Assembly: GCF_003790525.1 (NCBI RefSeq)
Contig: NZ_CP033635.1
Source: Escherichia coli
GTDB taxonomy: Bacteria > Pseudomonadota > Gammaproteobacteria > Enterobacterales > Enterobacteriaceae
Reading direction: 5' to 3' (one strand)
Length of the DNA: 64,000 nucleotides
Part shown: one piece after another, positions 63,492 through 64,000 of the stretch
How the letters are laid out: each line of letters begins with the position of its first letter
Numbering within the stretch: position 1 is the stretch's first letter
Translations under genes and position numbers: made by a program
The notes under the pieces: generated by a model
Told to the model about the DNA's origin: nothing
What the model saw: only the letters and a program-made list of their open reading frames with translations
Databases searched by the model: none

Positions 63492-63548
63492 ACTACAAAT
63501 CTTGTTACGCGGTATTACTACCACCGCAGCTCAAGCGCCGGGACTAAA

Positions 63549-63625
<77 letters not shown>

Positions 63626-63646
63626 TTAGCGCCGTTGCGGGGGTGG

Positions 63647-63700
63647 ATAATACGGACTTCCCACCCCTCTGTCTAGTCCCTTTTTAAATAAATTGCGCGT
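63647..63700 (-). promoter_or_regulatory. argX-hisR-leuT-proM tRNA operon promoter
   Basis: The minus strand has -35 TAGACA (63670-63675), a 17-nt spacer and -10 TATTAT (63647-63652). A GC-rich discriminator (CCACCCCCGC) follows, and an A/T-rich UP-like tract (aatttatttaaaaaggg) lies upstream. Confidence 0.65.
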
Positions 63701-63727
63701 TTGGTTACGGTTTGTGCGTTTTGCTGC

Positions 63728-64000
63728 TTATTCCTCCAGTTTATGCGCTTTACCGTGGCGATTAAGCCCAAAAATTTTATAAATCGCCGTCACCGCCAGC
63801 ATAAAGATGATGCCGACAAACAGCGACATACGCGTATCTTCATTAAAGTACATGCCGATCAAAACGCAAATCAGGAATGCCATTGTTACGTAGTTGGCCC
63901 ACGGGAACAGGATTGAGCGGAACGGATGGCTGGCAATCGCCGCTTTATGCGCACGACGAAAACGCAGCTGGCTTATCAATATCACAAACCATGGCACCAT
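63728..64000 (-). CDS. yifK: Amino-acid permease YifK (APC family), 3' part only; gene continues beyond the window
   Basis: The C-terminal 90 aa are visible (…[50 protein letters not shown]…KAHKLEE). Its position next to argX matches K-12. Confidence 0.88.
   Translation of the reverse strand: MVPWFVILISQLRFRRAHKAAIASHPFRSILFPWANYVTMAFLICVLIGMYFNEDTRMSLFVGIIFMLAVTAIYKIFGLNRHGKAHKLEE

Noticed and set aside
63041-63493. ORFs of 61-82 aa overlapping the tRNA genes
   Set aside because: They coincide exactly with proM, leuT and hisR. The tRNA identity is unambiguous, so these are artefacts of six-frame translation.

Overview
This window is Escherichia coli-type chromosome covering the fadBA to yifK segment. 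It runs fadB'-fadA, fre, ubiD, rfaH, tatDCBA, ubiB-ubiJ-ubiE, rmuC, udp, dlhH(ysgA), metE/metR, bioP(yigM), yigL-pldB, rhtC/rhtB, recQ, pldA, yigI, rarD, corA, yigE, uvrD, yigB-xerC-yigA-dapF-lptM, cyaY, cyaA, hemCDXY, the sRNA glmZ, aslA/aslB, the argX-hisR-leuT-proM tRNA operon and the 3' end of yifK. Almost all core proteins match my memory of the K-12 sequences. No database search was possible.

Four blocks interrupt the backbone and are absent from K-12 as I recall its gene order, where the b-numbers are contiguous at each junction. None carries an integrase, an IS element or a flanking tRNA.

1. About 13.1-18.8 kb, between rmuC and udp: an IclR regulator, a DgoK-like kinase, a DgoA-like aldolase and a TctCBA tripartite tricarboxylate-type transporter.
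2. About 20.6-29.1 kb, between dlhH and metE: a cysteine amidohydrolase, a second FdrA / DUF1116 / DUF2877 / carbamate-kinase module, an orphan allophanate-hydrolase-C-terminal-like domain, an NCS1 permease and a LysR regulator. This is my best candidate for an uncharacterised ATP-yielding catabolic system for a ureido or N-heterocyclic compound.
3. About 41.0-42.7 kb, between rarD and corA: a strongly AT-rich islet with two translationally coupled ORFs. They look like a DUF3289-like plus DUF943-like pair and are a possible toxin/immunity or defence module.
4. About 44.8-45.85 kb, between yigE and uvrD: a signal-peptide-bearing homologue of SAM hydroxide adenosyltransferase (DUF62).

Smaller signals include perfect inverted-repeat operators in front of islands 1 and 2, an orphan minus-strand terminator in the AT-rich islet, a hexanucleotide repeat in hemX, REP/BIME clusters, LexA/CRP/MetJ sites and non-ATG starts (cyaA TTG, recQ GTG). 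I saw no CRISPR array, rRNA or obvious transposable element.
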